From UHGV virus genome UHGV-0117634: a DNA stretch of 64,000 nt; one strand, 5' to 3'. The DNA comes from a virus. Each line of letters starts with the position of its first letter. The stretch's first letter is position 1. The position numbers and the translations under genes were made by a program. The notes below the pieces were generated by a model that saw only the letters and a program-made list of their open reading frames with translations, was not told where the DNA came from and searched no databases. Of the stretch, positions 1-8,849 are shown piece after piece.

Positions 1-234
1 TAATAAAGCTCTTTATCTGGGGCTTAAGATACTACCTTTTAAACCCCATGTAAAGCACTTTATGAAATAATTTTTATAAAATCTTTCATGGTTATTTTGT
101 CGCCATTTGTTAGGGCTATGCAGTCATTGCCCATCACTGACTTGTAAAGGTAGAAAACCTTCCCAATTTTTGGATAACCATCTAAACCCTTGTAATGTAT
201 TACATCGCTTTCTTTAACCATTGTCAAGCCCTTT

Positions 235-441
235 TTAAACGTTGTAATAATAAATTGCTGTATGTCTTGTAAACTTTCTTGTGTGAGTTGTCAAGTAACA
301 ATCCGAATTAATTGATGTGTCAACATAATTATCATAATCCTTTTCTGATATTCTTTGCCAAACGTCGCAGATTAGCATATAAAAACGGCGTTTCTTTGTT
401 TTGTTGTTGTCAACAATCATTAATTCACGTTGATATAACAT
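235..441 (-). CDS. hypothetical protein (68 aa)
   Basis: ORF-track ORF downstream of the repeat-containing non-coding gap; no recognisable motif. Confidence 0.3.
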   Translation of the reverse strand: MLYQRELMIVDNNKTKKRRFYMLICDVWQRISEKDYDNYVDTSINSDCYLTTHTRKFTRHTAIYYYNV

Positions 442-696
442 CTTAGATTCTCCAGTTTAGGATTGTTGGGGCTTGCTTACCCCGTTGATGCAAATACTAC
501 AAAACTGGATTCATAGAGTCAACAAAATTTTTAAAAATATTTTTGGCATGTTGTGAATGAAACGCGTGTACGCAACTAACAGAAAACAGAAAACTAGTCA
601 AGAATTATTTTTTAGTTCTCTACAAATTTTTCTCTTGACTTTTGGGAGGAAGGGGAGTAAGAGGGGATGGTGGGGCTGGCTTCCTATAGCTACCTA

Positions 697-890
697 CCTG
701 CACAAATTGAAAATGAATTTTCCCTTTGGAGTCCAACTGCATCTGCACAGATTGAAAATGAAAAAGCTCTTTGGAGTCTAGACCTGCACAAATTGAAAAT
801 GAATTTTCCCTTTGGAGTTCAGCTAAAGAAATCTGTCCAGAGTTCTATGCAATTGCACCTGCACAAATTTGAAATGAAAAAGCCCTCCTT
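697..890. repeat. array of four ~37-bp direct repeats (unit ~CTGCACAAATTGAAAATGAA[TTTTCCC/AAAAGCT]CTTTGGAGT), period ~42-44 bp, in a ~500-bp non-coding gap
   Basis: Copies read at ~697, ~741, ~783 and ~857, alternating between two variants; the last copy abuts a long-loop hairpin (GCCCTCC...GGAGGGC) downstream of the macro-domain gene. Confidence 0.7.
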
Positions 891-948
891 ACCTGAGATT
901 TTAAACTCAAACTTTGGAGGGCTTGTCTATGTCTATTTAGGTAACTTA

Positions 949-1743
949 TTAGTTACGTGCTTCAACATAGTTAACATTCTCATGTGTGATATAATCCTCT
1001 GCAAACTCTTCTGTAGCAGCACCGATATACACACTTGCATCATCACCAAATGTTACGGCTCTGTGGCAATGGCCTTGTAACGGGTGGGTAACTTGAGCGT
1101 TACTTTGATTGTACTTCTCAACCGGAGGGTAACTGGTGTGTACCTTGCCATTACGCTTCACCTTGAGGGTAACTTTATCCTTGCCTACCACGGCAACACC
1201 ATCAAAGTATTGAGGTTCACTAAAGTTTTCCCAACCAGTAACCGGATTAGTCAACTGACTGTACATCTTATCTTCATAGACATACATATAAACGTCAACA
1301 TCTTTCATGGTCTGATTGATGATAGACAGCACAGCCATGCTGTCAAGACCACCAATCCCTGCACCAATCATAGGAAGTCCAACTTTCTTAAGCTGGTTCA
1401 CTTTGCAGTAGTTATTAAGACGCTGCAAAGCTGCTTCTAAAGCATTGTATCGTGCATCTTTACCAGTGATAACCTGAGTGTAAAGGTTAGCAATTCGACC
1501 CTGCTTAAAACGTGCTACAGAGATGTTACCAAGCATAAGATGCTTAGGTTTATGACCTTCACCACCAACTGTAGCATAAACTTCAGCGTCAGTCTCATAA
1601 GCTTTTGGATAACGTTTAGCAATTGTTGCTGCAATACCTGCACCCATTAAGTTCATGCAGTTACAACCGTGACCAATGATATCAAACTTCTTATTATCAA
1701 AGTCTTTAAAGATATCACCTTTAATAATTTTTATGATACCCAT
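949..1743 (-). CDS. macro-domain protein (TARG1/DarG-like ADP-ribose-binding/hydrolase fold) fused to a ~100-aa C-terminal domain of unknown function
   Basis: N-terminal GDIF...DIIGHGCNCMNLMGAGIAATIAKRYP and later GLPMIGAGIGGLD match the two glycine-rich ADP-ribose-binding loops of macro domains; C-terminal part (HPLQGHCHRAV...) unrecognised. Confidence 0.65.
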   Translation of the reverse strand: MGIIKIIKGDIFKDFDNKKFDIIGHGCNCMNLMGAGIAATIAKRYPKAYETDAEVYATVGGEGHKPKHLMLGNISVARFKQGRIANLYTQVITGKDARYNALEAALQRLNNYCKVNQLKKVGLPMIGAGIGGLDSMAVLSIINQTMKDVDVYMYVYEDKMYSQLTNPVTGWENFSEPQYFDGVAVVGKDKVTLKVKRNGKVHTSYPPVEKYNQSNAQVTHPLQGHCHRAVTFGDDASVYIGAATEEFAEDYITHENVNYVEARN

Positions 1744-1744
1744 G

Positions 1745-1945
1745 TTACCATTCCTCCCACGATTCTTTATCTTCAGAAGGTTTTACACGTTGCCCTTCAT
1801 GGTCTACCCAGATTCCACCACAACCTTCACAGAGTGTTGGCATAGCATAACCAGCTTTGAAATCATCTTCAGTGATAAGACCTTTCAAGTCTCCTGTATC
1901 ACGTCCAAACATTTCAATAGAACAACTCTTGCAGAAATCAGCCAT
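1745..1945 (-). CDS. small Cys-rich protein, possible zinc ribbon (66 aa)
   Basis: CKSC ... CEGCGG cysteine pairs; start abuts upstream gene. Confidence 0.4.
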   Translation of the reverse strand: MADFCKSCSIEMFGRDTGDLKGLITEDDFKAGYAMPTLCEGCGGIWVDHEGQRVKPSEDKESWEEW

Positions 1946-2159
1946 TTAAGATTACCTCTTGAGTGACTGTACGATTACTGGTGAAAGTCTGTTTAAAACT
2001 TTCAACGTTTGAACGTAAGAAGCCTTCATCCAAATAATATTTGAAGGTTTCTTTATGTGAGAAAACCTCGGTAAACGGGATTACTTCACTTCTCCCTACA
2101 TAGATACCAGATGCTATAATTTGCCGTGTCTTTTTATTTCTGACGATTAGAACTTTCAT
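1938..2159 (-). CDS. hypothetical protein (73 aa)
   Basis: ORF-track ORF in tightly packed leftward operon. Confidence 0.3.
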   Translation of the reverse strand: MKVLIVRNKKTRQIIASGIYVGRSEVIPFTEVFSHKETFKYYLDEGFLRSNVESFKQTFTSNRTVTQEVILNG

Positions 2160-2460
2160 ACATTACCTTTTCAGTTAGTTGATATAAGTCTACATGTTCA
2201 ATGCCAACAATGTCAATACCAATTTTAGCGTAACGCTCTTTGATATCATTATCGTTCATCCAAACGAGACACCAATGATTTCTAACAGACTCTTCGAGCT
2301 TATGTACACAATCTTGGAATGTTGGGGTATCGCCTCTTGTACCAATCATGGCGATTACACCATATAGAAACTCACCATTGCCATATGTCACTTGGGCTAC
2401 ACCAATATCTTTCTCATTATCTGAGAAGACGGCTACAATGGTTTTACCATTAAGTTCCAT
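2134..2460 (-). CDS. hypothetical protein (108 aa)
   Basis: ORF-track ORF; its start overlaps the stop of the upstream small ORF. Confidence 0.4.
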   Translation of the reverse strand: MELNGKTIVAVFSDNEKDIGVAQVTYGNGEFLYGVIAMIGTRGDTPTFQDCVHKLEESVRNHWCLVWMNDNDIKERYAKIGIDIVGIEHVDLYQLTEKVMYESSNRQK

Positions 2461-2620
2461 TATAGATTACCTCTTTAATTTGTTGTAAGATTGCTTCTGA
2501 AGCTTCTTCCCATAAGGTAGAGTTTTCAATTGAATCTTTAACCTGTGCAATACCAATATTAAAACGGGTATCACCATACTCTTCAATCAAGTTAAGAAGC
2601 TTCTGTTTGTCCACAATCAT
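2453..2620 (-). CDS. small hypothetical protein (~55 aa, not in ORF track)
   Basis: ATG preceded by GAGGA Shine-Dalgarno (minus strand AAAAACGAGGAAATG); stop overlaps start of 2134..2460; fills an otherwise empty gap. Confidence 0.4.
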
Positions 2621-2630
2621 TTCCTCGTTT

Positions 2631-2885
2631 TTAACGTTGCGTAGATTTCTTTGGAGTTTTCACCGAACCAGATGTAAGATTCGTGTTGATTTCAGGATGA
2701 TTGTCAACACGAATCTTACATTCTCTTCCAACATGTTTTAACTGTGCTGTAATACCCTGAATAAACAGGTGACACATTACATCATCCATGATAGTTGGTA
2801 AGAAATCAATTCTCATATAAGTGTTACTTGGTCTTGGAAGAAGTAAGTAACCTTCTACATAAAACGTTTCACTCTTTTCTGTCAT
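2631..2885 (-). CDS. hypothetical protein (84 aa)
   Basis: ORF-track ORF. Confidence 0.4.
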   Translation of the reverse strand: MTEKSETFYVEGYLLLPRPSNTYMRIDFLPTIMDDVMCHLFIQGITAQLKHVGRECKIRVDNHPEINTNLTSGSVKTPKKSTQR

Positions 2886-3151
2886 TGCTGTTTATTCCCT
2901 AACAAAATCATATCAATCAAATTGTTTGCCTTGATAGCACATTCATAGAATCCATCACGATAAAACTCCATAGCACTAGCAAGGTCTTCACCCTTAGTAC
3001 CCTTGACAGTGTACCTAGTCTCTTCCTGAGTGTACTTGTCACTCTCACTTACTTGGGAGTTTTTGAAGGTACTGTTCACTTTGTTGGTTGAACACCCCGA
3101 TATAAGGCTCAGTAGCACAAATATTATAAAACTCTGTCTTAGTTTTTTCAT
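2882..3151 (-). CDS. lipoprotein, candidate o-spanin (overlapped with upstream gene)
   Basis: Signal peptide with lipobox (LSLISG-C); starts inside the 3' end of 3045..3392 in another frame and extends beyond it (Rz/Rz1-like overlapped architecture). Not proline-rich, so uncertain. Confidence 0.4.
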   Translation of the reverse strand: MKKLRQSFIIFVLLSLISGCSTNKVNSTFKNSQVSESDKYTQEETRYTVKGTKGEDLASAMEFYRDGFYECAIKANNLIDMILLGNKQQ

Positions 3152-3392
3152 AGGTCAATACCTCTTTTGTGTGTTTGTTTTTAGCAAGCACATCTTTCAA
3201 ATCATTTTTATAATTAGCACTAAGATTTGCTAAACCTTCTTGGTAAGCATCCTTAGCAACACTAACAAGCTTCTGATTAGTCAACTCTTTCTCGTTAACT
3301 TGGCTAGTCTTGTAAGTGTAACCGCCCCAAGCACCTACACCTAACAGAAAAATGATTACAAAAGCTGCTTGACAAAATTCTTTAAATGTCAT
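3045..3392 (-). CDS. type-II membrane protein, candidate i-spanin
   Basis: N-terminal TMD (FVIIFLLGVGAWGG) followed by charged, coiled-coil-like periplasmic region; embedded lipoprotein ORF in +1 frame. Confidence 0.4.
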   Translation of the reverse strand: MTFKEFCQAAFVIIFLLGVGAWGGYTYKTSQVNEKELTNQKLVSVAKDAYQEGLANLSANYKNDLKDVLAKNKHTKEVLTYEKTKTEFYNICATEPYIGVFNQQSEQYLQKLPSK

Positions 3393-3411
3393 TTAACTTC
3401 TCCTATAAATG

Positions 3412-3433
3412 AAAAAGGCTCCCGAAGGAGCCT
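3412..3433 (-). terminator. rho-independent terminator (minus strand GGCTCC-TTCG-GGAGCC then T-run)
   Basis: Plus strand AAAAAGGCTCCCGAAGGAGCCT; perfect stem, tetraloop, T-run on minus strand; follows 3445..3909. Confidence 0.6.
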
Positions 3434-3444
3434 CTATATTAACC

Positions 3445-3909
3445 TTAACCTAGAACTTTAGCAAGCACATTTGCAGCCATTGTTGAGGCTTTAGCAGCAG
3501 CGTTAACCCCAGATTTAATGGTGCTGTCCTTGATAGCTGATACCGTTGCAGCATCAGTAAACAGATAAGTGGTAGTCTTTTCACCACTTGTGAAGGAAAG
3601 CATAAGAGCAGTTTCCAGATTGAAGGAACGGTATGGTGCTCCCTGTTTTACAATCCCTGCTGCACCAAGTTCTGAAGCCATACCCATATCATAGATGGTC
3701 ATCAGATTTTCTTTGTGAGCAGTTGTAGAACCAACACCTTTAACGTGTTTAGAAACATTCAGCAGAGCACGATACTCACGAATCTCTCCGTCAGCTTTGA
3801 CGTTTACTGCTCGGAAGATTTTACCTTCAAAGTTGTCTTTGATGATACGACGAACAACTTCAGATTTGTTTCCGGTTGCATCGATAGCTACTGTTATAAT
3901 ATTTTGCAT
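3445..3909 (-). CDS. hypothetical protein (154 aa)
   Basis: ORF-track ORF with GAGAGAG-containing leader and its own terminator. Confidence 0.5.
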   Translation of the reverse strand: MQNIITVAIDATGNKSEVVRRIIKDNFEGKIFRAVNVKADGEIREYRALLNVSKHVKGVGSTTAHKENLMTIYDMGMASELGAAGIVKQGAPYRSFNLETALMLSFTSGEKTTTYLFTDAATVSAIKDSTIKSGVNAAAKASTMAANVLAKVLG

Positions 3910-3920
3910 GGTTTTCTCTC

Positions 3921-4616
3921 TCAGTTTTTAACTAACATTGTTTTAATGTGTGGAAGGATTCTTTCGACCTTTGCCACGTTCTTTACTGTATCTTCTATAA
4001 AGCATACTACATCATAGTAAGGTAGAATGCAAGACTGAAGCATACGAACTTTCAAACTTTCTGCACTAATCTCATTGTCACCAAATCCACGCATAAACAG
4101 TAAGAAATCACTGTCTACATTTTCATTCAGGAAGAGATGAGTGACCACTCTCTGTGATTCACCACGAGCAGTTAAGAATCCTATATCAGCATTTTGTGAT
4201 ATCCCACACAGGATGTTAAAAACATAAGTTGGTTTAGCTCTGCGAGAGTCCACCAAGTTAGTGTACTGTGAGTAAGTACCATCATCTAACAGAGTTGCAT
4301 TAAGTTTCTTATCAAAACTTGTAAGAACACCATCAATATCTGCTAAGACCATTTTACGTTTTTCTTCCAAGTTCTTTGCAACCAAGATAAGACTATTACG
4401 ACCCACATATACAGTCTTACCTGTTAGCAAATCTTGACAAGGAATCTGTGTCTTTGTTGAATGAAAGTCTTCAAAGCTACATGCAACACATCTTGCTGTA
4501 TCTGCAAAGTCAGCTTTAGCAACGTCTGACCAGCTTGCATAACTGATATCTAAATCAAGTGGTTTGATATCATAAGCATGACACAGAACCGTATCAAATT
4601 GTTTTGATTCGCTCAT
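3921..4616 (-). CDS. HAD-like phosphatase-domain protein (putative nucleotidase), N-terminal region unknown
   Basis: LADIDGVLT matches HAD motif I (DxDG[TV]); later GFGDNE resembles motif IV. Confidence 0.35.
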   Translation of the reverse strand: MSESKQFDTVLCHAYDIKPLDLDISYASWSDVAKADFADTARCVACSFEDFHSTKTQIPCQDLLTGKTVYVGRNSLILVAKNLEEKRKMVLADIDGVLTSFDKKLNATLLDDGTYSQYTNLVDSRRAKPTYVFNILCGISQNADIGFLTARGESQRVVTHLFLNENVDSDFLLFMRGFGDNEISAESLKVRMLQSCILPYYDVVCFIEDTVKNVAKVERILPHIKTMLVKN

Positions 4617-5142
4617 ATTTTACCTTTTTAATGTTTGTTGCAAACTCACATTGAGCAAGCAATTTCATGTTATTGTACACATCTTGAGAATATTGTCTAG
4701 CCTTTGGAATCTTATATTTGTAACCAGCATTATAAGAAGCTAGGACACGCTTCATAGAGTACTTTCCATCTGGGTTACCGTGAACCTTTGTCCAGAATAG
4801 CAACTCTTTATGAGCCTCTTTTGCTGAGTAATGGAAGTCACTTACCAACTTCTTCTTAGCAACCTTTGGAGATATTTTGTTACGCTTTACAACAGTCTTC
4901 AAGTGATTCTGGAAAACACCATAATCATGAGTCCTTTTATTTTCTAACATGACACCTAATTGTGACTCTTGTAAGGCTATAGCTGCTAAAGGGATTCCCC
5001 AACCTTTTCCCATCTGTCCTTCGCCATAGTTATATGCTTTTAACATATTTACTTTCTGACTGATTGTAAGTTCTGGACAGTCAGATGCTGTAGCTAAATG
5101 TGCTGTAAAGAATAAGCACAAACCTAAAACAAATTTCTTCAT
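4594..5142 (-). CDS. signal-peptide lytic transglycosylase (candidate secreted/SAR endolysin)
   Basis: Start moved to MKKFVLGLCLFF (AGGAG RBS); signal peptide; Slt-like motifs ALQESQLG, GVFQ, SYNAGY. Confidence 0.55.
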   Translation of the reverse strand: MKKFVLGLCLFFTAHLATASDCPELTISQKVNMLKAYNYGEGQMGKGWGIPLAAIALQESQLGVMLENKRTHDYGVFQNHLKTVVKRNKISPKVAKKKLVSDFHYSAKEAHKELLFWTKVHGNPDGKYSMKRVLASYNAGYKYKIPKARQYSQDVYNNMKLLAQCEFATNIKKVKYERIKTI

Positions 5143-5206
5143 TTGCACTCCTATTTTGTTAAACATGCAGACAATTATACATCATCCTGCACATTTTTCA
5201 AATAAA

Positions 5207-5229
5207 AAAGGCTGCCGAAGCAGCCCTTT
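5207..5229 (-). terminator. rho-independent terminator after rIIB
   Basis: Plus AAAAAAGGCTGCCGAAGCAGCCCTTT; stem GGCTGC/GCAGCC with CGAA loop, flanking A/T runs. Confidence 0.55.
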
Positions 5230-5242
5230 AGGAATTTACTTA

Positions 5243-6364
5243 TTATACTTCACGTTTACGCTGAGAAATCAGTTCACCAGCAGTTCCTACAACTACATGA
5301 AGTGCTTCTGAACCATCCCACTCTTTGATGACTTCACGGCGACTATTCACAATCGCTGCAACTTCATAACGTGAAGCTCGCATTTTCATATCGTTGTAGT
5401 CAGTTGGTACTGAAACAACATCACGAGGATGAACACGAACTTTCAGGATAGTGTCGCCAGAGAAGCTAGTTACATAGTCCCAAGCCCCAACATGCAGACC
5501 CTGAGAGCATGTTACATGACGGTTATTATCAACCATCCAACGTGGCATCTCAACAATGTTACCCAAATCGTTTGGAACTTTGCAGGTACGAGAGTCAAAC
5601 AGTTTACCACTACGAGTTGTGACTTTCTTCCAACCGATGATATAACCTTCTTCATCGATTTCAACATCAAGGTGTGACACAAAGCCCCAAAGTTGTTCTA
5701 CAGAGTCTTTTGATGGGTTTTCCATCAGTTTTTCGAAGAATGCAATCAGACGGGTAAAGCCTTCATCACCTTTCTTCATCATGTCCAGAATACGGTCTAC
5801 CAGAGTTGAACGCATTTGAACAGCACCGTAGTACAGGTTATCACCTTTAATGGTCACAGCACCCTGAGTAAAGTTCTCAATGGATTTGCGAATATTCATC
5901 AGTTCAAAGGCTTTCTTGTACTCACCTGATACAACAGCCATAACAATTTCAGTGTAGTTAGGGTGAGTTGATTCAACAATCTCTGACTCTGCACCGAAAG
6001 TCATGATAACCGAGTCACCAGTAATCATGTATTCAATCTGACTATTATTCTGCATTGCTTCGTGCAGAGCATTTACAGGTTCTGCTTTGACTGCTTCTTT
6101 AACAGCTTTTGCAACAGGTTTCTGAGTAGCTACCTTTTTAGTTGCTTTAGCTTTCTTAGCACCCTTTGCAATATCCTTCAGAGTCCTCGCAGGTTTTGCT
6201 TTGGTTTTCCCTGTCAGTAAAGTTGCTTCATGACGCTCTACAGCACGACCTACAGAACGAGTTGAAGTATTGTACTTCAGAGCAATTGCAGTTTTGGTAA
6301 GTTTACCTTCTTTAACCAGTGCGTAGATTTCTGCGTCGATTTGTGCTTTAGTCTTAGTAGTCAT
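5243..6364 (-). CDS. rIIB: rIIB-like protein
   Basis: C-terminal region (RSTLVDRILD..., CSQGLHVGAW, VRVHPRDVVSVPTDYNDMKMR) matches T4 RIIB as I recall it; lies immediately downstream of rIIA as in T4. Confidence 0.85.
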   Translation of the reverse strand: MTTKTKAQIDAEIYALVKEGKLTKTAIALKYNTSTRSVGRAVERHEATLLTGKTKAKPARTLKDIAKGAKKAKATKKVATQKPVAKAVKEAVKAEPVNALHEAMQNNSQIEYMITGDSVIMTFGAESEIVESTHPNYTEIVMAVVSGEYKKAFELMNIRKSIENFTQGAVTIKGDNLYYGAVQMRSTLVDRILDMMKKGDEGFTRLIAFFEKLMENPSKDSVEQLWGFVSHLDVEIDEEGYIIGWKKVTTRSGKLFDSRTCKVPNDLGNIVEMPRWMVDNNRHVTCSQGLHVGAWDYVTSFSGDTILKVRVHPRDVVSVPTDYNDMKMRASRYEVAAIVNSRREVIKEWDGSEALHVVVGTAGELISQRKREV

Positions 6365-6407
6365 TTTAATATCTCTCTTTGTTGTTTAAAGTTACTTAGT
6401 GGTTCGT

Positions 6408-6436
6408 ATTCTAAGGGGCTTTTCAGCCCCTGTCAA
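6408..6436 (-). promoter_or_regulatory. sigma70-like promoter for rIIB (TTGACA-N17-TAGAAT) with a GGGGCTGAAAAGCCCC hairpin in the spacer
   Basis: Minus strand TTGACA, 17-nt spacer made almost entirely of a perfect 6-bp-stem hairpin, then TAGAAT ~40 nt upstream of the rIIB ATG. Confidence 0.45.
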
Positions 6437-6443
6437 ACTATTT

Positions 6444-8816
6444 TTATTCCCAACAGTTGGTATCTTCTGGCAGACCTCTAACATCAAACCCTAAGAATCT
6501 ACCAACTTCAACAGGTGACACTTTATTCCAATCCAGATTAGAAAGCAAGAAGTTTTCTTTACGGCGTTTTTCAAAGTAATCTTTGAACTTGCTTTCAAGA
6601 CGCTTCTTAGCATTGTCCAGAATCTTTCTTGGCTTACAAGAGCTTCTCATATTCCTGCGAATGGTGTCAAGAGTACTGTAGATTTCTTTGTAAGCAATTG
6701 GTGCAGCAGTGTATGCCAAGCGACCAAACATTGCTTCTACAGCGTCTTCGTTCCCTTCTAACAGGATTGTTGAGTCAAAGTCTTTGTTATATACATGACC
6801 CCTTGACTTCTTCTTACCAGCAAAGTTGAAGTTACGAGCAACAACATTACAATCTGTGATATCATGCTTATCAGTCATGTACTGATATGTCAAGTAACGA
6901 TGATACTCAATCCAGTGAGTGTTATCAATAAAATCTTTCATCACCTGTGCATTGACTTCTGTCCAATCTTCAGGAATCTTCTTCCAGTTTGCTTTACGGA
7001 AGACATAAACTGTTTGTCCAGTTAATTCTGTCATCAACGTTGCAGCACGTTCTGGTGAGCATGAGAAGATACCACCAAGAACTTCATCACTCTGTGCTTT
7101 GATATACAGTTGTGGTTCTTCAATCTCATCAAAGTTTTCCTTAACTTCCGTATAACGGATTATGCCGGAGTTTGGGCATATAAATGCTTTGTACAGCTTC
7201 ACCACTCCACGTACAATGGTACGTTTCTCATAGTGGTGCTCTTTAGATGACATTGTATGCACACTTAACAGAGTCTTGTCAAGCATATGCAGAGCTACAA
7301 ATTCATCAAATTGCTGCTGACTGCTGAACAAGAAAGCAATACCATTGTAGCGACGGAAGTTGGAATCTTCCTGTTCACGGTCACGGCAAGCTCCACGGAT
7401 AATCTGATTTTTACCAGTCGTCTTTTCAGACCCGTTCTTGTTTCGACGGTCATTGATAAGGAACAAATAGTTGCTCAACTTATCTTTACTCATTGCACCA
7501 AAGATACTAAACATGGCAGCATCTTGTGAATATGTTGCTGAAGTTGCTCGAATACGATTCTCCAGACTGCTGTACTTGTAATATGCTACAGGTTCATACA
7601 GATTACCAATATTAGGAACTGGATTACCGTCTTTGTCAAGCCTTAAGTTACCTGCATCATCTTTTAAGAATGATGGAGAACCATCTGCTTCAGTTAACTG
7701 ACCACGACGAATACCCAACAGCTTTTGTTCAAGCTTTTTCAAGTTCTGACCTTGCCACTCCAGAGAATCTTGGACGTGATTAAAGATTTCACGAGCCTCT
7801 TTCCTCATGGTATCATAAGCCTGAGCAGCATCAATCAGCGTTGGCTTATTAGCAATCTCTTTAACCACATCTTCAACGATTGTCTTAGTGATTTTCTTCA
7901 CGGCTTCAACAATCTTTGTCTTAGTGGTCTCATTCATCTGTAATGCTTCACGAGATGCAGCAATAGCCACTGAACCAATTGGCATGTAGATATTAACAAG
8001 GTCTACAGCACTACGGAAGAACTGAGGCAGAATACTTGTAAACTCTGAACCAAGCAACTCACCCATTTCAACAGGATAAGCAATATTACCCATGATTACG
8101 TTGAAATGGACACTATTACTATTTGAGCGCCAGTTCTCTTTGTACTTCATTGCATCATAGACACCATCTTCACGAGAAATGGAAGTCATTGCTTCAAGAA
8201 TGTCATAGTACTCAACATTACACTCTGGCTTAACTTTAAAGTACGAGTATACATTGCTCGCTTCTTCATGAAACTTGTTAATACGGTTATCAGATACCGC
8301 TACTCGAACAGCTAAACCATTTGGCTCTGTAGTTGGGTTAGTAGTCAACTTAGTGACTTGAGGGATACCATTCTCAAGATATACAGAGTACTTGTTAACA
8401 ACACCATCAACATAGCTTGATACAGTAAATGATTGAGCAATCGCAAACGGTGACTTTGAACCGATACCCATAGCACCGATGTAGTCATTTGAATCGTTCT
8501 TTGTAGATTCTCCATAGGTCATATAAAGCTTCATGACTTTTTCATGAGTCAGACCTGTACCAAAATCACGAACTTCAAAGAAAGGCTCAAAACGAGTTGG
8601 CAAGTGAACCAAGAAAGGCTTATCAACATTACCAGAATCAATGTGAGCATCTACTGCGTTACAAGATAACTCACGAATAACAGCACGTTCTTTGTATGTG
8701 TAAACACCTGAGCTTAGAAGACTGAACATTTCAGGTGTCATCTTAATCTGAGCCTGAGAGGTTTCCAGTGTACTTGAGCTTTTAATTACCGTTGCGTGGT
8801 CATTTACCATGCGCAT
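6444..8816 (-). CDS. rIIA: rIIA-like protein (GHKL/Bergerat-fold ATPase N-terminus)
   Basis: N-terminal YKERAVIRELSCNAVDAH...RDFGTGL...DYIGAMGIGSKSPF aligns with T4 RIIA ATPase-fold motifs from memory; 790 aa. Confidence 0.9.
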   Translation of the reverse strand: MRMVNDHATVIKSSSTLETSQAQIKMTPEMFSLLSSGVYTYKERAVIRELSCNAVDAHIDSGNVDKPFLVHLPTRFEPFFEVRDFGTGLTHEKVMKLYMTYGESTKNDSNDYIGAMGIGSKSPFAIAQSFTVSSYVDGVVNKYSVYLENGIPQVTKLTTNPTTEPNGLAVRVAVSDNRINKFHEEASNVYSYFKVKPECNVEYYDILEAMTSISREDGVYDAMKYKENWRSNSNSVHFNVIMGNIAYPVEMGELLGSEFTSILPQFFRSAVDLVNIYMPIGSVAIAASREALQMNETTKTKIVEAVKKITKTIVEDVVKEIANKPTLIDAAQAYDTMRKEAREIFNHVQDSLEWQGQNLKKLEQKLLGIRRGQLTEADGSPSFLKDDAGNLRLDKDGNPVPNIGNLYEPVAYYKYSSLENRIRATSATYSQDAAMFSIFGAMSKDKLSNYLFLINDRRNKNGSEKTTGKNQIIRGACRDREQEDSNFRRYNGIAFLFSSQQQFDEFVALHMLDKTLLSVHTMSSKEHHYEKRTIVRGVVKLYKAFICPNSGIIRYTEVKENFDEIEEPQLYIKAQSDEVLGGIFSCSPERAATLMTELTGQTVYVFRKANWKKIPEDWTEVNAQVMKDFIDNTHWIEYHRYLTYQYMTDKHDITDCNVVARNFNFAGKKKSRGHVYNKDFDSTILLEGNEDAVEAMFGRLAYTAAPIAYKEIYSTLDTIRRNMRSSCKPRKILDNAKKRLESKFKDYFEKRRKENFLLSNLDWNKVSPVEVGRFLGFDVRGLPEDTNCWE

Positions 8817-8849
8817 AAGAATATCTCCTTAGTTGTCGATGTGGCAAAC

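Noticed and set aside
60-221. Possible 53-aa minus-strand ORF at the left edge
   Set aside because: No Shine-Dalgarno upstream of the ATG and no recognisable features; too weak to call.
697-890. Direct repeats as a possible CRISPR array
   Set aside because: Spacers between the ~37-bp repeats are only ~5-9 bp (one ~37 bp), the repeats alternate between two variants, and no cas genes are present; treated as a tandem repeat or iteron array.
557-1080. Plus-strand ORFs 557..781 and 667..1080 spanning the repeat region
   Set aside because: Their translations are just the repeat unit read in frame (MNFPFGV / MKKLFGV), and 667..1080 runs antisense into the macro-domain gene; likely non-coding.
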